Assembly: GCF_048403405.1 (NCBI RefSeq)
Contig: NZ_CP183129.1
Reading direction: 5' to 3' (one strand)
From: Escherichia coli
GTDB lineage: Bacteria > Pseudomonadota > Gammaproteobacteria > Enterobacterales > Enterobacteriaceae
Length of the DNA: 64,000 nucleotides
Shown here one piece after another: positions 1-12,805 of this stretch. Position 1 is the first letter of the stretch. Each line of letters starts with the position of its first letter. Under the pieces are notes generated by a model. It made no database searches. It was not told the origin of the DNA and worked only from the letters and a program-made list of their open reading frames with translations. The translations under genes and the position numbers were made by a program.

Positions 1-1
1 G

Positions 2-387
2 AAAGTGATTACCGATATTGCCGGCAGTTCCGCCTGGTTTGAACGCGGATTTGTCACCTACAGTAACGAAGCGAAAGCGCAAATGATCGGTGTACGCGAA
101 GAGACGCTGGCGCAGCATGGCGCGGTGAGCGAACCTGTCGTGGTGGAAATGGCGATAGGCGCACTGAAAGCGGCTCGTGCTGATTATGCTGTGTCTATTA
201 GTGGTATCGCCGGGCCGGATGGCGGCAGTGAAGAGAAGCCTGTCGGCACCGTCTGGTTTGCTTTTGCCACCGCCCGCGGCGAAGGTATTACCCGGCGGGA
301 ATGCTTCAGCGGTGACCGTGATGCGGTGCGTCGTCAGGCTACTGCGTATGCATTGCAGACCTTGTGGCAACAATTTCTACAAAACAC

Positions 388-391
<4 letters not shown>
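2..391 (+). CDS. pncC: NMN amidohydrolase PncC (CinA-like C-terminal domain), 5'-truncated by window edge
   Basis: Frame runs in from window start and stops at TGA 389-391; translation (..GIAGPDGGSEEKPVGTVWFAF..) looks like CinA/PncC C-terminal domain; lies immediately upstream of recA as in E. coli. Confidence 0.8.
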
Positions 392-1532
<1,141 letters not shown>

Positions 1533-1552
1533 TCGTCTTGTTTGATACACAA

Positions 1553-1582
1553 GGGTCGCATCTGCGGCCCTTTTGCTTTTTT
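1553..1582 (+). terminator. Partial intrinsic terminator between recA and recX
   Basis: GC hairpin gggtcgcatctgcggccc followed by ttttgctttttt directly after recA stop. Confidence 0.5.
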
Positions 1583-1600
1583 AAGTTGTAAGGATATGCC

Positions 1601-2101
1601 ATGACAGAATCAACGTCCCGTCGCCCGGCATATGCTCGCCTGTTGGATCGTGCGGTACGCATTCTGGCGGTGCGCGATCACAGTGAGCAAGAACTGCGAC
1701 GTAAACTCGCGGCACCGATTATGGGCAAAAATGGCCCGGAAGAGATTGATGCCACGGCAGAAGATTACGAGCGCGTTATCGCCTGGTGCCATGAACATGG
1801 CTATCTCGATGACAGCCGATTTGTTGCGCGCTTTATCGCCAGCCGTAGCCGCAAAGGTTATGGACCTGCGCGTATTCGTCAGGAACTGAATCAGAAAGGT
1901 ATTTCCCGCGAAGCGACAGAAAAAGCGATGCGTGAATGTGACATCGACTGGTGCGCACTGGCGCGCGATCAGGCGACGCGAAAATATGGCGAACCTTTGC
2001 CAACTGTCTTTTCAGAAAAAGTTAAGATCCAGCGTTTTCTGCTCTATCGTGGCTATCTGATGGAAGATATCCAGGATATTTGGCGAAATTTTGCCGACTG
2101 A
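1601..2101 (+). CDS. recX: RecA regulator RecX
   Basis: 166-aa ORF immediately downstream of recA; translation [36 protein letters not shown].. typical of RecX. Confidence 0.93.
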   Translation: MTESTSRRPAYARLLDRAVRILAVRDHSEQELRRKLAAPIMGKNGPEEIDATAEDYERVIAWCHEHGYLDDSRFVARFIASRSRKGYGPARIRQELNQKGISREATEKAMRECDIDWCALARDQATRKYGEPLPTVFSEKVKIQRFLLYRGYLMEDIQDIWRNFAD

Positions 2102-2228
2102 ACGCATACGGTATTTTACTTCCCAGTCAAGAAAACTTATCTTATTCCCACTTTTCAGTTACCAGCCCGGCGGTTAAGACACGCTGGAGCTGGTGGCGAT
2201 ATTTCGTTAGCTTGATTTCAGGATAATT

Positions 2229-4859
2229 ATGAGCAAGAGCACCGCTGAGATCCGTCAGGCGTTTCTCGACTTTTTCCATAGTAAGGGACATCAGGTAGTT
2301 GCCAGCAGCTCCCTGGTACCCCATAACGACCCAACTTTGTTGTTTACCAACGCCGGGATGAACCAGTTCAAGGATGTGTTCCTTGGGCTCGACAAGCGTA
2401 ATTATTCCCGCGCTACCACTTCCCAACGCTGCGTGCGTGCGGGTGGTAAACACAACGACCTGGAAAACGTCGGTTACACCGCGCGTCATCATACCTTCTT
2501 CGAAATGCTGGGCAACTTCAGCTTCGGCGACTATTTCAAACACGATGCCATTCAGTTTGCATGGGAACTGCTGACCAGTGAAAAATGGTTTGCCCTGCCG
2601 AAAGAGCGTCTGTGGGTTACCGTCTATGAAAGCGACGACGAAGCCTACGAAATCTGGGAAAAAGAAGTAGGGATCCCGCGCGAACGTATTATTCGCATCG
2701 GCGATAACAAAGGTGCGCCATACGCATCTGACAACTTCTGGCAGATGGGTGACACTGGTCCGTGCGGCCCGTGCACCGAAATCTTCTACGATCACGGCGA
2801 CCACATTTGGGGTGGCCCTCCGGGAAGTCCGGAAGAAGACGGCGATCGCTACATTGAGATCTGGAACATCGTCTTCATGCAGTTCAACCGCCAGGCAGAT
2901 GGCACGATGGAACCGCTGCCGAAGCCGTCTGTAGATACCGGTATGGGTCTGGAGCGTATTGCTGCGGTGCTGCAACACGTTAACTCTAACTATGACATCG
3001 ACCTGTTCCGCACGCTGATCCAGGCGGTAGCGAAAGTCACTGGCGCGACCGATCTGAGCAATAAATCGCTGCGCGTAATCGCTGACCACATTCGTTCTTG
3101 TGCGTTCCTGATCGCGGATGGCGTAATGCCGTCCAATGAAAACCGTGGTTATGTACTGCGTCGTATCATTCGTCGCGCAGTGCGTCACGGCAATATGCTG
3201 GGCGCGAAAGAAACCTTCTTCTACAAACTGGTTGGTCCGCTGATCGACGTAATGGGCTCTGCGGGTGAAGACCTGAAACGCCAGCAGGCGCAGGTTGAGC
3301 AGGTGCTGAAGACTGAAGAAGAGCAGTTTGCCCGTACTCTGGAGCGCGGTCTGGCGCTGCTGGATGAAGAGCTGGCAAAACTTTCTGGTGATACGCTGGA
3401 TGGTGAAACGGCTTTCCGTCTGTACGACACCTATGGCTTCCCGGTTGACCTGACGGCTGATGTTTGTCGTGAGCGCAACATCAAAGTTGACGAAGCTGGT
3501 TTCGAAGCAGCAATGGAAGAGCAGCGTCGTCGCGCGCGCGAAGCCAGCGGCTTTGGTGCCGATTACAACGCAATGATCCGTGTTGACAGTGCATCTGAAT
3601 TTAAAGGCTATGACCATCTGGAACTGAACGGCAAAGTGACCGCGCTGTTTGTTGATGGTAAAGCGGTTGATGCCATCAATGCAGGCCAGGAAGCTGTGGT
3701 CGTGCTGGATCAAACGCCATTCTATGCGGAATCCGGCGGTCAGGTTGGCGATAAAGGCGAACTGAAAGGCGCTAACTTCTCCTTTGCGGTGGAAGATACG
3801 CAGAAATACGGCCAGGCGATTGGTCACATCGGTAAACTTGCTGCGGGTTCTCTGAAAGTGGGCGACGCGGTGCAGGCGGATGTTGATGAGGCTCGTCGCG
3901 CCCGTATTCGTCTGAATCACTCCGCAACGCACCTGATGCACGCTGCGCTGCGCCAGGTTCTGGGTACTCATGTATCGCAGAAAGGTTCACTGGTTAACGA
4001 CAAAGTGCTGCGCTTCGACTTCTCACACAACGAAGCGATGAAACCGGAAGAGATTCGTGCGGTCGAAGACCTGGTGAACGCACAGATTCGTCGCAATTTG
4101 CCTATCGAAACCAACATCATGGATCTCGAAGCGGCGAAAGCGAAAGGCGCTATGGCGCTGTTCGGCGAGAAGTATGATGAGCGCGTACGCGTGCTGAGCA
4201 TGGGCGATTTCTCCACCGAGCTGTGTGGCGGTACTCACGCCAGCCGCACTGGTGATATTGGTCTGTTCCGCATCATCTCTGAATCGGGTACTGCTGCAGG
4301 CGTTCGTCGTATCGAAGCGGTAACCGGAGAAGGCGCTATCGCCACCGTTCATGCAGACAGCGATCGCTTAAGCGAAGTCGCACATCTGCTGAAAGGCGAT
4401 AGCAATAATCTGGCTGATAAAGTGCGTTCAGTACTGGAACGTACGCGTCAGCTGGAAAAAGAACTACAACAGCTTAAAGAACAAGCTGCCGCACAGGAGA
4501 GCGCAAATCTTTCCAGTAAGGCAATTGATGTTAATGGTGTTAAGCTGTTGGTTAGCGAGCTTAGCGGTGTTGAGCCGAAAATGTTGCGTACCATGGTTGA
4601 CGATTTAAAAAATCAGCTGGGGTCGACAATTATCGTGCTGGCAACGGTAGCCGAAGGTAAGGTTTCTCTGATTGCAGGCGTATCTAAGGACGTCACAGAT
4701 CGTGTGAAAGCAGGGGAACTGATTGGTATGGTCGCTCAGCAGGTGGGCGGCAAGGGTGGTGGACGTCCTGACATGGCGCAAGCCGGTGGTACGGATGCTG
4801 CGGCCTTACCTGCAGCGTTAGCCAGTGTGAAAGGCTGGGTCAGCGCGAAATTGCAATAA
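2229..4859 (+). CDS. alaS: Alanine--tRNA ligase
   Basis: 876-aa ORF; class II aaRS motifs, translation [24 protein letters not shown]..; conserved position downstream of recX. Confidence 0.97.
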   Translation: MSKSTAEIRQAFLDFFHSKGHQVVASSSLVPHNDPTLLFTNAGMNQFKDVFLGLDKRNYSRATTSQRCVRAGGKHNDLENVGYTARHHTFFEMLGNFSFGDYFKHDAIQFAWELLTSEKWFALPKERLWVTVYESDDEAYEIWEKEVGIPRERIIRIGDNKGAPYASDNFWQMGDTGPCGPCTEIFYDHGDHIWGGPPGSPEEDGDRYIEIWNIVFMQFNRQADGTMEPLPKPSVDTGMGLERIAAVLQHVNSNYDIDLFRTLIQAVAKVTGATDLSNKSLRVIADHIRSCAFLIADGVMPSNENRGYVLRRIIRRAVRHGNMLGAKETFFYKLVGPLIDVMGSAGEDLKRQQAQVEQVLKTEEEQFARTLERGLALLDEELAKLSGDTLDGETAFRLYDTYGFPVDLTADVCRERNIKVDEAGFEAAMEEQRRRAREASGFGADYNAMIRVDSASEFKGYDHLELNGKVTALFVDGKAVDAINAGQEAVVVLDQTPFYAESGGQVGDKGELKGANFSFAVEDTQKYGQAIGHIGKLAAGSLKVGDAVQADVDEARRARIRLNHSATHLMHAALRQVLGTHVSQKGSLVNDKVLRFDFSHNEAMKPEEIRAVEDLVNAQIRRNLPIETNIMDLEAAKAKGAMALFGEKYDERVRVLSMGDFSTELCGGTHASRTGDIGLFRIISESGTAAGVRRIEAVTGEGAIATVHADSDRLSEVAHLLKGDSNNLADKVRSVLERTRQLEKELQQLKEQAAAQESANLSSKAIDVNGVKLLVSELSGVEPKMLRTMVDDLKNQLGSTIIVLATVAEGKVSLIAGVSKDVTDRVKAGELIGMVAQQVGGKGGGRPDMAQAGGTDAAALPAALASVKGWVSAKLQ

Positions 4860-5093
4860 TATAAGCGTCAGGCAATGCCGTGGACTCGCTTCACGGCATT
4901 CGCATTAACGCTATCGACAACGATAAAGTCAGGTTGAAGTTGTGTATATCGGCTAAACTTAGGTTTAACAGAATGTAATGCCATGACTGCTTACATGTAA
5001 TGTGTTTGTCATTGCTTACTTTTTGGCGTTATATGATGGATAATGCCGGGATACAGAGAGACCCGACTCTTTTAATCTTTCAAGGAGCAAAGA

Positions 5094-5279
5094 ATGCTGA
5101 TTCTGACTCGTCGAGTTGGTGAGACCCTCATGATTGGGGATGAGGTCACCGTGACAGTTTTAGGGGTAAAGGGCAACCAGGTACGTATTGGCGTAAATGC
5201 CCCGAAGGAAGTTTCTGTTCACCGTGAAGAGATCTACCAGCGTATCCAGGCTGAAAAATCCCAGCAGTCCAGTTACTAA
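5094..5279 (+). CDS. csrA: Carbon storage regulator CsrA (RNA-binding)
   Basis: 61-aa [51 protein letters not shown].. is the canonical CsrA sequence. Confidence 0.96.
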
Positions 5280-5504
5280 TCTTTCCGCGTCTCATCTTTA
5301 TCGGTGAGACGCACCCTCAAAATTTCTCCTTCACTCTATAGTCTTTTCGCTTTACTCCCGTTCATTCAACTTAAGTCTCCATTTTTTTGCATTACTGCTA
5401 TCTGACAGACCTCCGTTTTTCTGTTGATAAAACACTCTTTTTGACGTTTTTACAGACTAATTGAGCGTGAAGTGTGCAAACGATAAAAGTGTGGGAAAAA
5501 TTGT

Positions 5505-5532
5505 TTGACTTATAAGTCTCAGAAAGTAATAT
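5505..5532 (+). promoter_or_regulatory. Candidate sigma70 promoter of the serV-argVYZQ tRNA operon
   Basis: -35 ttgact (5505-5510), 16-nt spacer, -10 taatat (5527-5532), followed by GC-rich discriminator gtgcgcc typical of stringently controlled stable-RNA promoters. Confidence 0.45.
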
Positions 5533-5594
5533 GTGCGCCACGCAGCGACGATGAGCGATAAACAAGTTCTTCGAAGCACTCGTAAGAGGCGTGT

Positions 5595-5687
5595 GGTGAG
5601 GTGGCCGAGAGGCTGAAGGCGCTCCCCTGCTAAGGGAGTATGCGGTCAAAAGCTGCATCCGGGGTTCGAATCCCCGCCTCACCGCCA
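5595..5687 (+). tRNA. serV: tRNA-Ser (anticodon GCU)
   Basis: 93-nt cloverleaf with long variable arm, anticodon loop ctgctaa, ends in CCA; first gene of the cluster. Confidence 0.92.
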
Positions 5688-5690
5688 TTT

Positions 5691-5767
5691 GCATCCGTAG
5701 CTCAGCTGGATAGAGTACTCGGCTACGAACCGAGCGGTCGGAGGTTCGAATCCTCCCGGATGCACCA
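5691..5767 (+). tRNA. argV: tRNA-Arg (anticodon ACG)
   Basis: 77-nt sequence gcatccgtagctcagctggatagagtactcggctacgaaccgagcggtcggaggttcgaatcctcccggatgcacca; anticodon loop ctacgaa; copy name assigned by position. Confidence 0.9.
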
Positions 5768-5901
5768 TATTCTACGTACTTTCAGCGATGAAGGTATGGA
5801 AGAGGTGGCGGTAATAACCGCAGGCACCAGGGAGGATAACGTTGCTTTAGCAACGGCCCGAAGGGCGAGCCGCAAGGCGAGTAATCCTCCCGGATGCACC
5901 A
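5768..5901 (+). repeat. tRNA-Arg 3'-end-bearing paralogous element, copy A
   Basis: 134-nt element after the first tRNA-Arg, ending in a second copy of the tRNA-Arg 3' end (..tcctcccggatgcacca); paralogous to copy B at 6323-6455. Confidence 0.6.
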
Positions 5902-5965
5902 TCTCTTACTTGATACGGCTTTAGTAGCGGTATCAAAAAATCTGCAGTAAAGTAAGTTTCCCGAT

Positions 5966-6042
5966 GCATCCGTAGCTCAGCTGGATAGAGTACTCGGCTA
6001 CGAACCGAGCGGTCGGAGGTTCGAATCCTCCCGGATGCACCA
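5966..6042 (+). tRNA. argY: tRNA-Arg (anticodon ACG)
   Basis: Identical 77-nt tRNA-Arg sequence; copy name assigned by position. Confidence 0.88.
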
Positions 6043-6105
6043 TCTCTTACTTGATATGGCTTTAGTAGCGGTATCAATATCAGCAGTAAAATAAATTTTC
6101 CCGAT

Positions 6106-6182
6106 GCATCCGTAGCTCAGCTGGATAGAGTACTCGGCTACGAACCGAGCGGTCGGAGGTTCGAATCCTCCCGGATGCACCA
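6106..6182 (+). tRNA. argZ: tRNA-Arg (anticodon ACG)
   Basis: Identical 77-nt tRNA-Arg sequence; copy name assigned by position. Confidence 0.88.
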
Positions 6183-6245
6183 TCTCTTACTTGATATGGC
6201 TTTAGTAGCGATATCAATATCAGCAGTAAAATAAGTTTTCCCGAT

Positions 6246-6322
6246 GCATCCGTAGCTCAGCTGGATAGAGTACTCGGCTACGAACCGAGCGGTCGGAGGT
6301 TCGAATCCTCCCGGATGCACCA
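6246..6322 (+). tRNA. argQ: tRNA-Arg (anticodon ACG)
   Basis: Identical 77-nt tRNA-Arg sequence; copy name assigned by position. Confidence 0.88.
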
Positions 6323-6455
6323 TATTCTCCGTAATCTTCAGCAATGAAGGTATCGAAGAGGTAGCGGTATTAACCGCAGGCACCAGGGAGGATAACGTTG
6401 CGCCAGCAACGGCCCGAAGGGCGAACGCCAGTGAGTCATCCTCCCGGATGCACCA
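6323..6455 (+). repeat. tRNA-Arg 3'-end-bearing paralogous element, copy B
   Basis: 133-nt element after the last tRNA-Arg, about 85 percent identical to copy A and likewise ending in tcctcccggatgcacca. Confidence 0.6.
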
Positions 6456-6602
6456 TCATCTCCAAAAAATTTCCTTCAAAAATATCTCATTTCTAAATAA
6501 CTACTTTATCCATTTCCTGAATTTTCTTCTCCTTCGCCATCAGCGACAAAATCAAGCAATTACGCTAAAGTAGCGTCATATTTTTCGACTTGCGAGAAGA
6601 CC

Positions 6603-7169
6603 ATGTACGAGCGTTATGCAGGTTTAATTTTTGATATGGATGGCACAATCCTGGATACGGAGCCTACGCACCGTAAAGCGTGGCGCGAAGTATTAGGGCA
6701 CTACGGTCTTCAGTACGATGTTCAGGCGATGATTGCGCTTAATGGCTCGCCCACCTGGCGTATTGCTCAGGCAATTATTGAGCTGAATCAGGCCGATCTC
6801 GACCCGCATGCGTTAGCGCGTGAAAAAACAGAAGCAGTAAGAAGTATGCTGCTGGATAGTGTCGAGCCGCTTCCTCTTGTTGAAGTGGTGAAAAGTTGGC
6901 ATGGTCGTCGCCCAATGGCTGTAGGAACGGGGAGTGAAAGCGTCATCGCTGAGGCATTGCTGGCGCACCTGGGATTACGCCGTTATTTTGACGCTGTCGT
7001 CGCTGCTGATCACGTCAAACACCATAAACCCGCGCCAGACACATTTTTGTTGTGCGCGCAGCGTATGGGCGTGCAACCGACACAGTGTGTGGTCTTTGAA
7101 GATGCCGATTTCGGTATTCAGGCGGCCCGTGCAGCAGGCATGGACGCTGTGGATGTTCGCTTGCTGTGA
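6603..7169 (+). CDS. yqaB: HAD-family sugar phosphatase (fructose-1-phosphate phosphatase)
   Basis: 188-aa ORF with HAD motif I FDMDGTILDTE near the N-terminus; conserved position. Confidence 0.9.
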   Translation: MYERYAGLIFDMDGTILDTEPTHRKAWREVLGHYGLQYDVQAMIALNGSPTWRIAQAIIELNQADLDPHALAREKTEAVRSMLLDSVEPLPLVEVVKSWHGRRPMAVGTGSESVIAEALLAHLGLRRYFDAVVAADHVKHHKPAPDTFLLCAQRMGVQPTQCVVFEDADFGIQAARAAGMDAVDVRLL

Positions 7170-7594
7170 GTGAAGCGTTATCGCTTTTCTCGTTGTTTGC
7201 CAGTAGTTTTCTCAGCGCTACACTATTACCCGGCAACTCCGAAGTCGTGCTGGTGGCAATGTTGCTTTCCGGGATCAGTCATCCCTGGGTTTTAGTTTTA
7301 ACAGCAACAATGGGTAATAGCCTTGGAGGGTTAACTAACGTTATCCTTGGGCGTTTCTTTCCATTGCGTAAAACATCGCGCTGGCAAGAGAAAGCTACCG
7401 GCTGGCTGAAACGCTATGGTGCAGTCACGCTATTATTAAGCTGGATGCCCGTGGTTGGCGATTTACTGTGTCTGTTAGCGGGATGGATGCGCATCTCGTG
7501 GGGACCGGTAATCTTTTTTTTGTGCCTTGGTAAAGCGTTACGCTATGTTGCAGTTGCAGCAGCTACCGTTCAGGGCATGATGTGGTGGCACTAA
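7166..7594 (+). CDS. yqaA: DedA/SNARE-associated family inner membrane protein
   Basis: 142-aa hydrophobic ORF overlapping yqaB stop by 4 nt; conserved position. Confidence 0.88.
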   Translation: MSEALSLFSLFASSFLSATLLPGNSEVVLVAMLLSGISHPWVLVLTATMGNSLGGLTNVILGRFFPLRKTSRWQEKATGWLKRYGAVTLLLSWMPVVGDLLCLLAGWMRISWGPVIFFLCLGKALRYVAVAAATVQGMMWWH

Positions 7595-7639
7595 TTGTAG
7601 GCCTGCACATATGGTCACCATTACAGTTATGCTAATTAA

Positions 7640-9223
<1,584 letters not shown>

Positions 9224-9231
9224 CAGAAAAG

Positions 9232-9304
9232 AAAAAGGCCACTCGTGAGTGGCCAAAATTTCATCTCTGAATTCAGGGATGATGATAACAAATGCGCGTC
9301 TTTC
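9232..9304 (-). ncRNA. micA: MicA (SraD) small regulatory RNA
   Basis: Reverse complement of 9232-9304 reads gaaagacgcgcatttgttatcatcatccctgaattcagagatgaaattttggccactcacgagtggccttttt, which matches my recollection of the E. coli MicA sequence; lies in the gshA-luxS gap and ends in a terminator hairpin. Confidence 0.88.
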
Positions 9305-9310
9305 ATATAC

Positions 9311-9338
9311 TCAGACTCGCCTGGGAAGAAAGAGTTCA
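9311..9338 (-). promoter_or_regulatory. SigmaE-type promoter of micA
   Basis: On the minus strand gaactc (-35), 16-nt spacer, tctga (-10), 6 nt before the MicA 5' end; close to sigmaE consensus GGAACTT / TCTGA. Confidence 0.55.
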
Positions 9339-9372
9339 GAAAATTTTTAAAAAAATTACCGGAGGTGGCTAA

Positions 9373-9888
9373 ATGCCGTTGTTAGATAGCTTCACAGTCG
9401 ATCATACCCGGATGGAAGCGCCTGCAGTTCGGGTGGCGAAAACAATGAACACCCCGCATGGCGACGCAATCACCGTGTTCGATCTGCGCTTCTGCGTGCC
9501 GAACAAAGAAGTGATGCCAGAAAGAGGGATCCATACCCTGGAGCACCTGTTTGCTGGTTTTATGCGTAACCATCTTAACGGTAATGGCGTAGAGATTATC
9601 GATATCTCGCCAATGGGCTGCCGCACCGGTTTTTATATGAGTCTGATTGGTACGCCAGATGAGCAGCGTGTCGCTGATGCCTGGAAAGCGGCAATGGAGG
9701 ACGTGCTGAAAGTGCAGGATCAGAATCAGATCCCGGAACTGAACGTCTACCAGTGTGGCACTTACCAGATGCACTCGTTGCAGGAAGCACAGGATATTGC
9801 GCGTAGCATTCTGGAACGTGACGTGCGCATCAACAGCAACGAAGAACTGGCGCTGCCGAAAGAGAAGTTGCAGGAACTGCACATCTAG
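9373..9888 (+). CDS. luxS: S-ribosylhomocysteine lyase (autoinducer-2 synthase)
   Basis: 171-aa [24 protein letters not shown].. with HTLEH metal-binding motif. Confidence 0.96.
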
Positions 9889-9914
9889 TCAGTAAACTAT
9901 CTTCACAATTAATT

Positions 9915-9945
9915 GAAAAAAGCCAGTTCAAATGAACTGGCTTAG
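9915..9945. terminator. Bidirectional intrinsic terminator between convergent luxS and emrB
   Basis: Perfect 9-bp stem agccagttc/gaactggct with 4-nt loop, preceded by an A-run and followed by T-rich sequence. Confidence 0.6.
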
Positions 9946-9951
9946 TTGTAC

Positions 9952-11490
9952 TTAGTGCGCACCACCTCCGCCGCCACCTGCGCCAAATGGCGGTTTAGCA
10001 AACCACACCAGCCCCAGCAAGACGAGGAATATCCCGGCTGACATCCAGAAGATCTCATTGGCGGAAATAATCAGCCCCTGATTGGTGATCTGCTGGGCAA
10101 TCCAGCCTGATGCCTGCTGTTGCGTCATCCCAAGCCCTTCCAGTTGACTATACATCGCCTGGGCATTCGGGTTGAACGGGTTTACCGACTCAGTCAACTG
10201 CGCATGGTGCATCGACTCGCGGTTGGTCCACATGGTAGTGGTTATCGAGGTGCCGATAGACCCCGCCAGCGTTCGCGTAAAGTTGGAGAGGCTCGATGCT
10301 GCCGCCAGTCGTTCCGGTGGCAAACCAGACAGCGTAATGGTGGTCAGCGGCATAAAGAAGCAGGCCACCGCAAAACCCTGGATAAACTGCGGCCAGGCCG
10401 ACGCGCCAAAATCCATACCAGGTTCAAAGGTATAGGCACGCCAGTAAAAGCAGACGGCATACATAATAAAGCTGAAGGTTACCAGCCGCCGCATATCCAG
10501 TTTATGCGCGAAGCGGCCAATAATCGGCGACAGGATCACCGGAATAATCCCTACCGGCGCAGAGGCCAAACCTGCCCAGGTCGCCGTGTAACCGTAGACC
10601 TCCTGCAACAACTGCGGCAGCAGAACAATCGCGCCGAAGTAGAGCATATACGCGAGGCTGATACACAAGCAGCCGATGGTGAAGTTGCGCGACTTAAACA
10701 ACGACAGATCGACTATCGGGTTATCGTCGGTCAGCTCCCAGACAATCAGGAAGCAGATAGCCACCACTGCCACCACGGTAAGGATGATAATTTCCTGTGA
10801 TGAAAACCAGTCCAGCTCTTTACCGCGGTCGAGCATAATCTGCAGGCTACCGATACCAATAACCAGCAGTGCCAGCCCCACGGCATCAATCCGCCGCCGT
10901 TCGGTGCGGGTTTCACGTCCGCGCAGGGTTTGCAGTGTCATCAACACCACCGCCACGCCAATCGGTACGTTGATGAAGAATATCCAGCCCCAGTGGTAAT
11001 TGTCACTGATATACCCGCCGAGGATCGGGCCGCAAATTGGCGCAACAATCACCGTCATCGACCACAACGCCAGCGCGATCGAGCGTTTGGCTGGCGGGTA
11101 GTTATTCAGCAATAGACTTTGCGAAAGCGGAATTAACGGCCCGGCGACAATCCCCTGAATCACGCGGAAGAAGATCAGCATATTCAGGCTGCTGGAGACA
11201 CCACACGCCCACGACGCAATAGCAAAGGCGATGGTGGACCAGAGGAACAGTTTCACTTCCCCGACGCGCTTTGCCAGCCAGCCGGTAAGCGGGATCGAGA
11301 TGGCATTCGCCACCCCGAAAGAAGTGATTACCCACGTTCCCTGGCTGAGCGATGAGCCCAGATTCCCGGCGATAGTGGGGATCGCCACGTTAGCAATGGT
11401 GGAGTCCAGCACCTGCATGAATGTCGCCAGTGACAGCGCAATCGTCATAATGACCAGTTGCGCGCCTTCCAGCGGTTTTTGCTGTTGCAT
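9952..11490 (-). CDS. emrB: Multidrug efflux MFS transporter EmrB
   Basis: ORF track 9952-11499; likely ATG at 11490 (MQQQKPLEGAQLVIMTIALSLATFMQVLDST..); multi-TM MFS protein downstream of emrA. Confidence 0.94.
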   Translation of the reverse strand: MQQQKPLEGAQLVIMTIALSLATFMQVLDSTIANVAIPTIAGNLGSSLSQGTWVITSFGVANAISIPLTGWLAKRVGEVKLFLWSTIAFAIASWACGVSSSLNMLIFFRVIQGIVAGPLIPLSQSLLLNNYPPAKRSIALALWSMTVIVAPICGPILGGYISDNYHWGWIFFINVPIGVAVVLMTLQTLRGRETRTERRRIDAVGLALLVIGIGSLQIMLDRGKELDWFSSQEIIILTVVAVVAICFLIVWELTDDNPIVDLSLFKSRNFTIGCLCISLAYMLYFGAIVLLPQLLQEVYGYTATWAGLASAPVGIIPVILSPIIGRFAHKLDMRRLVTFSFIMYAVCFYWRAYTFEPGMDFGASAWPQFIQGFAVACFFMPLTTITLSGLPPERLAAASSLSNFTRTLAGSIGTSITTTMWTNRESMHHAQLTESVNPFNPNAQAMYSQLEGLGMTQQQASGWIAQQITNQGLIISANEIFWMSAGIFLVLLGLVWFAKPPFGAGGGGGGAH

Positions 11491-11506
11491 CACACGCACC
11501 TCTGGA

Positions 11507-12679
11507 TTAGCCAGCGTTAGCTTTTACGATATCGTCGATCAGTTTATTGACAGGTGCCAGGCTGATTTCACGCGCGGTGCTTACCGCTACCGGTGTGGAA
11601 CGTACTTTATTTGCCAGTACCTGACCGTCACGGTTAGTGGTATTGACGCTCACCAGCGTGGACAAACCGATACGCAGCGGGTATTGCTCGAGCTGTTTCT
11701 GGTCCAGTTCAATACGAACAGGCAGACGCTGAACGACTTTGATCCAGTTACCGGTAGCATTTTGCGCCGGAAGCAGTGAGAACGCGCTACCTGTGCCCAT
11801 ATCCAGACCAACCACTTTACCGGTGTATTTCACATCATCGCCGTAAATATCGGTGGTGATAGTGACCGGCTGACCGATACGCATATTGGCAATCTGCGTC
11901 TCTTTAAAGTTGGCATCCACCCACATATTGGTGGCTGGAACGACCGCCATCAGCGGCGTCGTTGGGCTAATTTGTGCCCCAGGCTGTACCGCGCGGCGGG
12001 AGACATAACCGGTCATCGGACTGACAATACGAGTACGCTCCAGCGCCAGCCAGGCGTTACGTACTTCGGTGGCAGCCTGTTGCACGGCAGGCTGATCTTC
12101 CAGTTTAGTCCCCAGAATCATCGCCTGATTGGCATTGTATTGTTGAATAGCGACGTCCAGTTGTGCCTGGGCACTGGTGACGGCGTCGCGGGCGTGTTGC
12201 AGCTCTTCGCGACCAATCAGGTTGGCATTGCCCAGCGGCACACGGCGGTTGTAGTCGCTTTGTGCTTTCGCGAGGGCGATTTTTTGCACCTCAATATTCG
12301 CCTGCAACTGTTTGCTGTTAATCATCAGCTGGTGGGTTTGGCGAACGCTTGAAGCCAGTGCAGTTTTGGCTTTTTCAAACGCCTGGCGAGCATCTGTCGG
12401 GTCGAGAGTGACCAGCACGTCGCCTTCTTTTACAAAATCGGTGTTATCGGCCCAGACTTTCGTCACGCTGCCAGACACCTGAGACATAATTTGAATCTGA
12501 TTCCCTGCCACGTATGCGTCATCGGTTTCTTCGAAATGACGCAGTACTAAAAACCAATAAATCCCTATCGCTACGGCAATAATTATAAAGAGCAAGGTGA
12601 GAAGGAGGAGCAGACGCTTACGTTTGCCGCTCTTCTTTACCGGTTGCTGCGGGGTTTGAGTCTCCGCATTTGCGCTCAT
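11507..12679 (-). CDS. emrA: Multidrug efflux membrane fusion protein EmrA
   Basis: ORF track 11507-12691 (GTG); ATG at 12679 preceded by ggagaa SD; single N-terminal TM then coiled-coil/HlyD-like domain. Confidence 0.94.
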   Translation of the reverse strand: MSANAETQTPQQPVKKSGKRKRLLLLLTLLFIIIAVAIGIYWFLVLRHFEETDDAYVAGNQIQIMSQVSGSVTKVWADNTDFVKEGDVLVTLDPTDARQAFEKAKTALASSVRQTHQLMINSKQLQANIEVQKIALAKAQSDYNRRVPLGNANLIGREELQHARDAVTSAQAQLDVAIQQYNANQAMILGTKLEDQPAVQQAATEVRNAWLALERTRIVSPMTGYVSRRAVQPGAQISPTTPLMAVVPATNMWVDANFKETQIANMRIGQPVTITTDIYGDDVKYTGKVVGLDMGTGSAFSLLPAQNATGNWIKVVQRLPVRIELDQKQLEQYPLRIGLSTLVSVNTTNRDGQVLANKVRSTPVAVSTAREISLAPVNKLIDDIVKANAG

Positions 12680-12805
12680 ATTGTTCTCCACGATCTTCTT
12701 AACTCATCGGCTGAGCCGACCTGCTTGCCAAAAAGGCCAGCATGTTGCGATGCTGGCCAGTCATTTTTTCTTTTATAAATCTGGATTTTTGAGCGAGATG
12801 ACGCG

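Noticed and set aside
2142-3971. 609-aa ORF on the minus strand
   Set aside because: Lies entirely antisense to alaS, whose identity is unambiguous; no RBS and an odd Arg/His/Phe-rich composition; typical shadow ORF
5640-6383. Several 60-95-aa ORFs on both strands across the tRNA cluster
   Set aside because: They overlap tRNA-Ser/tRNA-Arg genes and their repeated spacers; repeated tRNA sequence produces similar spurious peptides
10120-10800. 226-aa ORF on the + strand
   Set aside because: Antisense to emrB; Arg-rich translation typical of reverse-strand reading of a membrane protein gene
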